Assembly (NCBI GenBank): GCA_965228855.1
Contig: CBDDIJ010000003.1
Span: 2,336,001-2,400,000, forward strand
Direction: 5' to 3'
DNA length: 64,000 nt
From: Candidatus Obscuribacterales bacterium
GTDB taxonomy: Bacteria; Cyanobacteriota; Vampirovibrionia; Obscuribacterales; Obscuribacteraceae
In this document: piece by piece, positions 28,158 to 36,412 of the stretch
Layout: every line of letters starts with the position of its first letter
How positions within the stretch are numbered: position 1 is the stretch's first letter
Translations under genes and position numbers: made by a program
Notes under the pieces: generated by a model
Told to the model about the DNA's origin: nothing
The model's input: only the letters and a program-made list of their open reading frames with translations
The model's database searches: none

Positions 28158-29674
28158 GATAGATCCTTACGAATTTGCTTGACTCGCGCACGCAAAGAAC
28201 CTGCATCGGGCAATCTTCCGTCAGGGTCCAACTTCGTACACTCTCGAATGAGCGCGTCAATCGATCGCGAACAGTTCACTCCGGCGGCGTGTGGACTACT
28301 TTCCGAAAACGGCGACGGATCTTGACCCACCAGCAGAAAGAAAAGGGTGCATCCGAACGCATAAATGTCACTCCTTAAATTGCTCTTGCCTCTAAACTGT
28401 TCGAGCGGTATGTATGCGTTTTTTCCTATAACCGTTCCTGTAGCCGTACCGAGAAAGTCGTTAGCGGCGCCGAAATCCACAATCGTAATGCTACCGTCTC
28501 GACTGACAATCATATTGTCCGGAGTCAAATCGCGATGCACTATAGGTGGTGTCAAAGAATGCAAGTAAAACATCGCCTCGGCAATCTCGTCGGCCCAGAC
28601 GGAAACGGTCTTCTCGTTCTGCGCGCCGAACTCGTTGACAAACGTCCTTAGATTTCGCCCTTCGATATACTCGAGAACAAGGTAGTGGCGCTGGTCTTCA
28701 ACGAAATAGTCGTATACAGACGCGATACTGGGATGGTCGATCCGCGCAAGGAGCTGCGCTTCGCGCTCGAATAACTCTAAGCATTTACTGCGCGTCCGAT
28801 CGTCAGCGGATTCGGGCAAGACGGCTTCCTTGAGGACCACTGTTGTTTTACCATCACGCTCGGCAAGGTACACAGCCGACAGGCCGCCAAAGGCCACTTG
28901 TCCAACGATTCGCAATCGACCTTCGTTTAACTTATCACCAGACTCGTGAGGGACAAATGCAGTAGAGCTAAACCGCATCCCAAGCTCCTGCTGCCAAAGT
29001 TCCGTAAAACTGAGCGCATTCGTCGCTCTTCCTCGCGAGACTATCGACGAAGATAGTTGACCAAGCTCGGGTCGGATGCGAACCTTCGGGCAGTATGTGT
29101 TTATGACGAGCAAGAGGCGCTCCAGATCAGTTCGGTTAAAACCGTCGATCGCGAAAGTGGCCGATGAGTTACCGTGAAAGCTGAAAACGATGGAGACCGG
29201 GTCCCAGCTAGGCAAGCCGTCACGCATGAAGGCGATCTCGCGAAGCTCCGACCAGTGACGATCGAGTTGTCCATTCATCGAGAGGAAAAACAAAAGTGGC
29301 AAGGAAATACCGCTATAGTCGGCTTTCAACGCAGTATTTCGAGTGACGAGCGAGGCTGTTATCCAGATGAGACCAAGCCCGCCTATCATCACAAAGAGAA
29401 GAACGATTGTTTGTTTCGCAAAGAGCATTAAAACAAAAACCGCAATCAGCAGAATCAACGGTATCGCAGTCAAACCGAACGTCTCAGGTAGGCTAGTGAA
29501 CAAAGAAAGAACAAAACTTACCGGAGTCTGTTCCACGTAATGAGAGTAAGGAATTACATGTTGGACGCCGGCAAACTCTTTCACGAGCGCCAGTTCATGA
29601 TCGTCGATTTCGGCTTCGCTAAGAGGTTGGGATTCAGACGTCATGACAGTCGGTTTAAACAAAGCGTCATTCAA
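28154..29674 (-). CDS. Second membrane-anchored Hanks-type Ser/Thr protein kinase, paralog of the downstream gene
   Basis: AFGGLSAVY, VVLKE, HRDLTPDN, DFG, GKNAYIPLEQ, SDIYAFG. Start is TTG 29674 or ATG 29644; 4-nt overlap with the next kinase. Confidence 0.92.
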   Translation of the reverse strand: MNDALFKPTVMTSESQPLSEAEIDDHELALVKEFAGVQHVIPYSHYVEQTPVSFVLSLFTSLPETFGLTAIPLILLIAVFVLMLFAKQTIVLLFVMIGGLGLIWITASLVTRNTALKADYSGISLPLLFFLSMNGQLDRHWSELREIAFMRDGLPSWDPVSIVFSFHGNSSATFAIDGFNRTDLERLLLVINTYCPKVRIRPELGQLSSSIVSRGRATNALSFTELWQQELGMRFSSTAFVPHESGDKLNEGRLRIVGQVAFGGLSAVYLAERDGKTTVVLKEAVLPESADDRTRSKCLELFEREAQLLARIDHPSIASVYDYFVEDQRHYLVLEYIEGRNLRTFVNEFGAQNEKTVSVWADEIAEAMFYLHSLTPPIVHRDLTPDNMIVSRDGSITIVDFGAANDFLGTATGTVIGKNAYIPLEQFRGKSNLRSDIYAFGCTLFFLLVGQDPSPFSESSPHAAGVNCSRSIDALIRECTKLDPDGRLPDAGSLRARVKQIRKDLS

Positions 29675-29772
29675 ATATTACAAGTTTGATCACATTGTAT
29701 TTACTGTTCCCACCCCGGTACAAAGTCTCTGCAATGAGGCATATAAATATTGTTGAGCCCGGAAAAGTTACT

Positions 29773-31269
29773 ATGCAAAAAAGACGAAATAGGGCCGTGG
29801 GCAGCGCTCAGATCTCCGAATTCTCCGTCGCCTTGACGGTATTCATGCTCGTGCTGCTGTTGCCATTAATCAACCTTATCAGCTTATCCACTGCTTACGC
29901 GACTGGATTTCTCGCGGCCAAATACGCTGCATCGAGGGCGGGGGATTCTCTCAATTACGCAGAAGCAATTATGGCAGCGGCTGAGGCATCCCGGGACATT
30001 TCGTCTTCAGGTCTCGGAAAATTTGCTGCGCTCAGACCGGTCGGAGGCTACGACAACTCAGGCATGAATCTGTTTCTGACGGATACGAATATCGCAAGCA
30101 ATGTCAACGTGACACACGGCCCGAACACACCGGCCGTATCGGCGCTCGATACCGACCATTACTTGTATTCCTACGATACCGTCCTTACTTACGACGTAGG
30201 TCCGTTTCTAAACCTCAGCTCGATTCCGATCGTAAGCGATGTTCCGGCTCTGGGGAAACCTGTTCGCATGAGGTTTTCCGCGAATAAAGCCGTCGAGCAT
30301 CTAGATGGCATCATCGCGGCTGGAGGAGGCTACATAACAACTTCCAGCATAACCGGCACGACGTCGAACTCCACTGTTCTTGGTCCGACGATTTACTCAG
30401 CGACCTCGTCCAACAGCGCAGGCTCGAATTCCGCAAATTCCAACACCATCGCCTCCGCGTCGTCATCGTCCGCATCAAACGACACCGGAATTTCTACGCC
30501 GGCAGCGACTCCTCGGCGCCCATGGCAAATGGCTTCCACAAACGGTGTCGACCGCTGGATTCCCAATGTAGTAAGTTCATTCCATGTTCAACTCACTGGT
30601 GAAGTAGATTTTGACTCCGGTGCAGATGTATTCGACACTGATTTGTTTGAAACCACAGCTCAAGACGTTCAAAAGATCCACGACAACGGCGGTTATGCAA
30701 TCGCGTATTTCAACGGTGGTGCGTGGCAGCCGGGAATGCCGGATTCAGGGGATTATCCTGATTCTGTAATCGGGAAAACGCCGATGAATGGCTGGCCGCA
30801 GGAACGCTGGCTCGACATCAGACAAATTGAGGTGCTCCGCCCTCTCATCGCAGCCAAAATCGCGGTAGCAAAATCAAAAGGTTTCGACGCCGTAGACCCG
30901 GACAATATGGACGGTTATACGAATAAGGAAACTGCTGAATTTCACCTCACCAAGGCCGATCAAGTCGCATTTGCCAAAATGGTTGCCGAAGAAGCGCATA
31001 AGCAAGGCTTAGCCGTGTTCTTGAAGAACGGCGGTGACATGATGAACGACCTGGTCAATGACTTCGATGGCACCGTAGCGGAAGAAGCCTACAAATATAG
31101 AGAAGCCGAAATCTATCAGCCAATGCGAGACGCAGGCAAACCAGTATTCTTGATTGAGTACAAGAAACCAAAGAAGAAAGAAATTCAAGATGCAATAAGC
31201 CGCGGATACAATGTCGTCCAGGCGAAAAAGGCGCTTAAGAAGACACCAAAGATGGTGACTCCTATCTGA
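29773..31269 (+). CDS. TadE-like (Flp/Tad pseudopilin) N-terminal domain fused to a GH114 endo-alpha-1,4-polygalactosaminidase-like domain
   Basis: Basic leader KRRNRAVG-SAQISEF followed by a hydrophobic helix and AAKYAASRAG; Ser/Thr/Asn linker; then QLTG, D.DLFET, IAYFNGG, GWPQERWLDIR, KGFDAVDPDNMDGY, AHKQGLAVFLKN, AEE, GKPVFLIEY. Confidence 0.85.
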   Translation: MQKRRNRAVGSAQISEFSVALTVFMLVLLLPLINLISLSTAYATGFLAAKYAASRAGDSLNYAEAIMAAAEASRDISSSGLGKFAALRPVGGYDNSGMNLFLTDTNIASNVNVTHGPNTPAVSALDTDHYLYSYDTVLTYDVGPFLNLSSIPIVSDVPALGKPVRMRFSANKAVEHLDGIIAAGGGYITTSSITGTTSNSTVLGPTIYSATSSNSAGSNSANSNTIASASSSSASNDTGISTPAATPRRPWQMASTNGVDRWIPNVVSSFHVQLTGEVDFDSGADVFDTDLFETTAQDVQKIHDNGGYAIAYFNGGAWQPGMPDSGDYPDSVIGKTPMNGWPQERWLDIRQIEVLRPLIAAKIAVAKSKGFDAVDPDNMDGYTNKETAEFHLTKADQVAFAKMVAEEAHKQGLAVFLKNGGDMMNDLVNDFDGTVAEEAYKYREAEIYQPMRDAGKPVFLIEYKKPKKKEIQDAISRGYNVVQAKKALKKTPKMVTPI

Positions 31270-31322
31270 GCCTGCAACGGATCAAAACTCAGCGCCTTGC
31301 ACGATTGTTTACGCATCATGAG

Positions 31323-31359
31323 AAAAACGGCGTCGTCCGTTACGCGGAAGACACCGTTT
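31323..31359 (-). terminator. Intrinsic terminator downstream of fabI, possibly bidirectional
   Basis: Minus strand AAACGGTGTCTTCCGCGTAACGGACGACGCCGTTTTT forms a hairpin plus U-tract between convergent genes. Confidence 0.6.
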
Positions 31360-31379
31360 AGACCTGCTCTTGCGATTGA

Positions 31380-32201
31380 CTACATGCCGAGAATGCTGTA
31401 TCCGCAATCCACGTGAATTACTTCTCCGGTGACACCGGATGCAAGGTCACTCAATAAGTACAGAACAGATTTTGCAACTTCGTCTTGTTGCACATTTCTG
31501 CGCAGAGGTGCCTTTGATTCCACGAGCTTCAACATCTCGCCGAAACCGGAAATTCCTTTTGCGGCAAGTGTCTTTACCGGACCGGCAGAGACAGCATTGA
31601 CACGGACCTTATCCTGACCGAGATCAGCGGCCAGGTATTGAACACTGGCTTCCAGAGCCGCTTTAGCGACTCCCATCACGTTGTAGTTCGGAACGACTTT
31701 TTCAGCACCGTAATAGGTGAGCGTGACAATCGACCCACCGTTTTTCATCAAAGGCAACGCGCGACGGGTAACCGCTGTCAATGTGTAGGCGCTGACATCA
31801 AGAGCCAGTTTAAAGCCATCACGGGAAGTATCGACGAAGCGACCTTCGAGGTCTTCTCTGTTTGCAAAAGCGACGGCGTGAACAACGAAGTCGATAGTTT
31901 CCCACTTCTCTGCGAGCTTAGAAAATGATTTGTCGATCTGTTCATCGTTGCCGAGATCGCACATATCTACGAAAGGCGAGTTGACGCTTTCTGCAAGCGG
32001 TTTAATTCTGCGCTCGAGGTTTTCACCCTGATACGTGAACGCCAGTTCGGCACCCTCGTCATAAAGCATCTTGGCGCAATGCCAGGCGAGACTGTGATCG
32101 TTGGCGACGCCGAAAACAATTCCGCGTTTGCCCGCAAGAAGTCCGTCCTTTTTCTGGGTTCTCTTTTCCAAAACCTTGGTGTTTCCTTCCGGAGATGTCA
32201 T
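31380..32201 (-). CDS. fabI: Enoyl-ACP reductase FabI
   Basis: GVANDHSLAW, HAVAFA, TYYGAEKVVPNYNVMGVAKAALEAS, VNAVSAGPVKTLAA. Confidence 0.96.
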   Translation of the reverse strand: MTSPEGNTKVLEKRTQKKDGLLAGKRGIVFGVANDHSLAWHCAKMLYDEGAELAFTYQGENLERRIKPLAESVNSPFVDMCDLGNDEQIDKSFSKLAEKWETIDFVVHAVAFANREDLEGRFVDTSRDGFKLALDVSAYTLTAVTRRALPLMKNGGSIVTLTYYGAEKVVPNYNVMGVAKAALEASVQYLAADLGQDKVRVNAVSAGPVKTLAAKGISGFGEMLKLVESKAPLRRNVQQDEVAKSVLYLLSDLASGVTGEVIHVDCGYSILGM

Positions 32202-32294
32202 CAGCTCAAGCCCTCATCAATCGAGTATCGCCTACTGGACGGCTTCAAGTCCGTCCAGTTCGGGAAAAGCATATTTTATCGTGACTTTCGGATT

Positions 32295-34037
32295 TCAAAA
32301 GTATTTTTTGACTGGTTGCTGCAACATCTTTGCTTCTACCAATACGACAGGCGGAAAACCTTCTTTCAGGAACGCGTCGTGAAATGCGCTGATGCTGTAC
32401 TTCTCAGGGTCTTTGCTTTTCACTTCTTTACGAAGCGCAAGAATCTGCAGCTTGCCGTAAGTGTAAACAAGGTACGTCGGGTCTGATGTGCCACGTTTGG
32501 TTTCTCGCTCAGCGTTGGCCTTTTCGGTCCAACCCTCTTCCATGAAGAATTTCACGCCTTCAGGAACGGTCATTCCCTTCGTATGCATGCGAATCCCTAC
32601 TATATATCTACAAACGCGAAGCAAAGCGTCATGTATTTGAATCATACGCAACTTAGGATCACCGTTGTGGAAGCCCTCGTCCAGCATCATCTGTTCGCAG
32701 TAGTGAGCCCAGCCTTCAGCGTTCGACATGCAACCGAACAATTTGCGCACCGCGCTTGGTGCATGGTTGACCCAGAGAAACTGCGTATAGTGCCCCGGAT
32801 ATGCCTCATGGACACTGGTGTTTATAAGATCCCCATATGAGAAGCTGCGAAGGTGCTCTTCTGTCCGTTTTGCGTCCCAATCTTTTTCAGGCAAGGTGAC
32901 ATAGAAGTATGCTTCCCGCGCTTTCTTTTCGTAAGGTCCGGGGGTGTCCATGGAAGCAAAGCTCAGTGCGCGATTGAACGCCGGTGTCTCGTCGACGCGT
33001 GCGCGCTCCTCGCTAGGAATTGAACAAATTGGCTTCTCAATACAGTAAGTCCGAATCTCCTCCAGCACCCCACGTGTAGCATCGAGAAGCTTGTCGGCAG
33101 TGGGGTGATCGCTCGATATGGACTCGAAGGCAACCGCTGGATCCACGTCAGGATTTATCTTCTTCCCGGCTTCGCGAAACTCGCTCTGCAATTTTCGAAG
33201 CTCGGTCATCCCCTCCTCAAGCACTGTGTCCAGTGGCTTTTCAATCAACTCGTCGCACAACAGTTTGCGACGGAAGTTTTCCTCGCCATATACAAACGTG
33301 CCTTTCGATTTGCCTTGAAGATTTACTTTGACGAACTTTTGATAATCTTCCAGAGCCGCTATAGCTTTCGCGTTGCTCGCTAAGAACTGCTGTTTGAGAG
33401 CGTTGTCGGATACCTTTTCAAACGCAAGCGGAAGTGATTCCTTGAAAAAACCGATCATGCCCGGCAGTTGTTCGAGCGCAATATCGTTATAGATTTCTGG
33501 CACCAGATTCGGATCGAGATTCTTCTTACCCTCAACGAGAACAGCCGGCAGTTTCTCTTCACGCGCGATCACGTGTTTCAAACGTTCTTCCAGCGGAGCA
33601 TAGTCACGCTGAATTATCGTAAATACTGTCCGGATCGCTATAGAACTGTATTTGTCAGGGTCCTTCTTCCAGAGTTCCATCTTCTCGTCTTCGAGAAGAC
33701 CGCTGTTCAAATGTCCTTGCAATAAATTCCAGTCGATTTTCGAATCGTTCGATAAACCGTCGAAGTCGATTTTGTTCAACCTGCTCAGAAATTCTTTTTT
33801 CTGAGCCACATCTTTTGAAACAGCGGCAGCCGATACATCCGGAACATCGTCGTCATATTTGTGAACGCCGGAGGACGTTGCAAAAAGCGGCGAGGTCTTG
33901 AAAAGGTAATCGATGTACTCATCGCCAAGCTTCACGAGGTCGGCGTCGGCAGAGGAAGCAGATATGGCCGGGCTCCAGAGGCTGGTGAGCAAAGCGCAGC
34001 TCAGAGCAACGGCAGTTTGGCGAAAGACATTTAGCAT
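32295..34037 (-). CDS. Secreted DUF885-family protein (putative Zn metallopeptidase)
   Basis: Signal peptide; SP..AT..G.H, HEAYPGHYTQ, EGWAHYCE, Y.YGKLQIL.LR, FHDAFL..G. Confidence 0.88.
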   Translation of the reverse strand: MLNVFRQTAVALSCALLTSLWSPAISASSADADLVKLGDEYIDYLFKTSPLFATSSGVHKYDDDVPDVSAAAVSKDVAQKKEFLSRLNKIDFDGLSNDSKIDWNLLQGHLNSGLLEDEKMELWKKDPDKYSSIAIRTVFTIIQRDYAPLEERLKHVIAREEKLPAVLVEGKKNLDPNLVPEIYNDIALEQLPGMIGFFKESLPLAFEKVSDNALKQQFLASNAKAIAALEDYQKFVKVNLQGKSKGTFVYGEENFRRKLLCDELIEKPLDTVLEEGMTELRKLQSEFREAGKKINPDVDPAVAFESISSDHPTADKLLDATRGVLEEIRTYCIEKPICSIPSEERARVDETPAFNRALSFASMDTPGPYEKKAREAYFYVTLPEKDWDAKRTEEHLRSFSYGDLINTSVHEAYPGHYTQFLWVNHAPSAVRKLFGCMSNAEGWAHYCEQMMLDEGFHNGDPKLRMIQIHDALLRVCRYIVGIRMHTKGMTVPEGVKFFMEEGWTEKANAERETKRGTSDPTYLVYTYGKLQILALRKEVKSKDPEKYSISAFHDAFLKEGFPPVVLVEAKMLQQPVKKYF

Positions 34038-34354
34038 ATTTCTTCGCGGAATCGAGACTGAAAAGGTTCTCAGAAAGACGAATTCCGCACCTCCAAATAG
34101 AAAGAGATCCTAACTAATTCGAACTCAGAAACAGACTAACATCCATGACAACGCCGATTGTGCCCACCATTCAGGCTCATCCGCTCCGGAGTGCGCTACT
34201 TGAAATGTTGCAAAACCCGCCACAACGCTACGTAACATTAGGGGTTGTGACCTGATAATGCCTGTAAAATCTGTAAAAAAGGTATGGAGAGGTGGTATCA
34301 CACCGAACTCATACCGCGTCCGCACAATCCACGAGTAACCCAACAAAATAAATT

Positions 34355-35197
34355 ATGGCGTCTGGCTACAAAATTATCGTAATGGTGAAGCAGGTTCCCG
34401 ACACAGGCTCGAAAGCGGGCTTGAATCCGGATGGCACCATCGACAGAGCGCGCGCAAAGCGCATGCTGAACCCCTTTGACAAGTTCGCCCTTCAGGCGGC
34501 GCTGCATACCAAAAAGATGTATGGCGGCAGCGTCACGGCGATTTCCATGGGACCACCTCCCGCAGTTGAGATCTTGCTTGAGGCGCTTGAACACGGAGTC
34601 GACAGAGGCTTCCTCCTCTCCGACCGTCGCCTGGCAGCGTCTGACACGCTCGCAACGGCTTACGCGCTATACAAAACCATTCAATACGTCGGCGACTTCG
34701 ACATCATCTTCTGCGGACTGCAAACTACCGACGGAGACACGGCTCAGGTCGGACCGCAGCTGGCAGAGCGTCTCAACTTGCCGCAAGTCACTTACTGCGA
34801 GGACTTCTCAGTTCAAAACGGCGAAGTTCATGCTCGCAGAATTATCGAAGGCGGACACCAAACGGTTATCGCGAAACCGCCACTGTTAGTCACAATTGCT
34901 AACTCGTATCATCCGTTGGAATACAAATCGTTCCGCGGAGCATGGCGCGTTCAGCAGCTTCAACGCAAACAAGAAGAATTGGCTCAATATATCAAAACCG
35001 TCACTCTCGATGACGTCGGTGCCGATCCGGAACGTTGTGGTTTGAAGGGCAGCCCGACCATCGTTGCGAAAACCGAGAAAGTCGGCGAATTGGGCGGCAG
35101 TTGCTCGATACATGAAGGCAAAGCGGTTGATGAACTCGTTAAAGAAGTTATCACCGGATGCAACGTAAAAGAGTTTCTCGCAGCTGGAAAAAAATAA
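34355..35197 (+). CDS. etfB: Electron transfer flavoprotein beta subunit (FixA-like)
   Basis: VKQVPDT, NPFD.FAL, SMGPP, DTLATA, GLQTTDGDTAQVGPQLA, GLKGSPT. Confidence 0.93.
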   Translation: MASGYKIIVMVKQVPDTGSKAGLNPDGTIDRARAKRMLNPFDKFALQAALHTKKMYGGSVTAISMGPPPAVEILLEALEHGVDRGFLLSDRRLAASDTLATAYALYKTIQYVGDFDIIFCGLQTTDGDTAQVGPQLAERLNLPQVTYCEDFSVQNGEVHARRIIEGGHQTVIAKPPLLVTIANSYHPLEYKSFRGAWRVQQLQRKQEELAQYIKTVTLDDVGADPERCGLKGSPTIVAKTEKVGELGGSCSIHEGKAVDELVKEVITGCNVKEFLAAGKK

Positions 35198-35272
35198 GCG
35201 AAATCGGTTTTAAACAAAACTGAAAATCGCGATTGAAAAGCAACCCAAAAAAATCAGGCAGCACCGAAAAAA

Positions 35273-36412
35273 ATGGCAGAAGAACAAGAAAAGAAACAAC
35301 CTGAGAAACCAGAGTTGAAGGATATGTCGGCAATTTGCCCCATCGGCGAAGTGCTCGTCATCGCCGAACATATTCTCGGCGACCTGCAACCGGTAACACT
35401 CGAATTGCTCGGCGCCGGTCGAATCCTCGCAGACAAAATGGGGCAACCTTTGTTGTGCCTGGTGATGGGACATGACCTGGGCGACATGCCTCAGCGATTG
35501 CTCGATCACGGAGCGGACAGAGTCTATGTTGCCGATCATCCGGAGCTGAAAAACTACCGCACCCTTCCATACCGAAGAGTAGTTTGCGATTTCCTCGAGT
35601 CTCTTCCAAGCCAGCCGCACACCTGCCTCCTGGGCTCGACCACAACCGGTCGAGATCTGGCACCTCGTATCGCCGCGCACTTCGACACAGGTCTGACGGC
35701 GGACACTACGGAGCTGGATATCGGTCCGTACGAGCATACAAGCAAGGTTGACCCATCGAAGATTGGCTTATATCCAAACTGCCTGTACGCCATTCGTCCG
35801 AGTTTCGGCGAATCTTTGAAAGCGAGAATTCTCGGTCCGTGGAAAAACCCGCAGATGGCGACCACTAGACCTGGTGTCATGGTGCCACTGCCGCGCGAGT
35901 CGCGCAAAGGCGAAATCATCAACATCCCGGTCAATTTGCAAGAAACCGACCACCGTCTCACCGTCAAAGAAATAGTGCGCGAAGTGGCTAAGGGAGTAAA
36001 TCTTACCGAAGCCGATGTGATCGTAGCCGGTGGTTATGGTTTGGGAACACAAAACGGTTTCAACATGCTCCAAGAGCTGGCCGGTTGCTTTGAAAACTCG
36101 GCGGTTGGTGCATCGCGCAAAGTCGTCGACCTTGGTTGGATTCCTTATCAAAACCAGGTAGGACAAACCGGAAAAACGGTCCGTCCCAAACTCTACATTG
36201 CATGCGGCATTTCGGGCGCGATTCAACACCGGGTTGGAATGTCGAAGTCCAGTTTGATCATCGCCATCAATAAGGATCCGGATGCGCCGATTTTCAAGTT
36301 TGCTCACCACGGAATCGTTGGTGATTGCTATCAGATCATTCCCGAAATGATCAAACAGTTTAAACAAGCACAATCAACCTCGGGGGTTAAGGAAGTTGTC
36401 GGAACGCATTGA
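35273..36412 (+). CDS. etfA: Electron transfer flavoprotein alpha subunit (FixB-like)
   Basis: GRDLAPRIAA...TGLTADT, RPSFG, PQMATTRPG, QVGQTGKTVRPKLYIACGISGAIQH, AINKDPDAPIF. Confidence 0.94.
   Translation: MAEEQEKKQPEKPELKDMSAICPIGEVLVIAEHILGDLQPVTLELLGAGRILADKMGQPLLCLVMGHDLGDMPQRLLDHGADRVYVADHPELKNYRTLPYRRVVCDFLESLPSQPHTCLLGSTTTGRDLAPRIAAHFDTGLTADTTELDIGPYEHTSKVDPSKIGLYPNCLYAIRPSFGESLKARILGPWKNPQMATTRPGVMVPLPRESRKGEIINIPVNLQETDHRLTVKEIVREVAKGVNLTEADVIVAGGYGLGTQNGFNMLQELAGCFENSAVGASRKVVDLGWIPYQNQVGQTGKTVRPKLYIACGISGAIQHRVGMSKSSLIIAINKDPDAPIFKFAHHGIVGDCYQIIPEMIKQFKQAQSTSGVKEVVGTH

Noticed and set aside
34281..34315. GGAGAG...CACCGAA hairpin upstream of etfB, resembling a glycine riboswitch
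   Set aside because: It lacks the P3 arm and CUCUCAGG element. It is only a short GGTATG/CATACC-closed hairpin.
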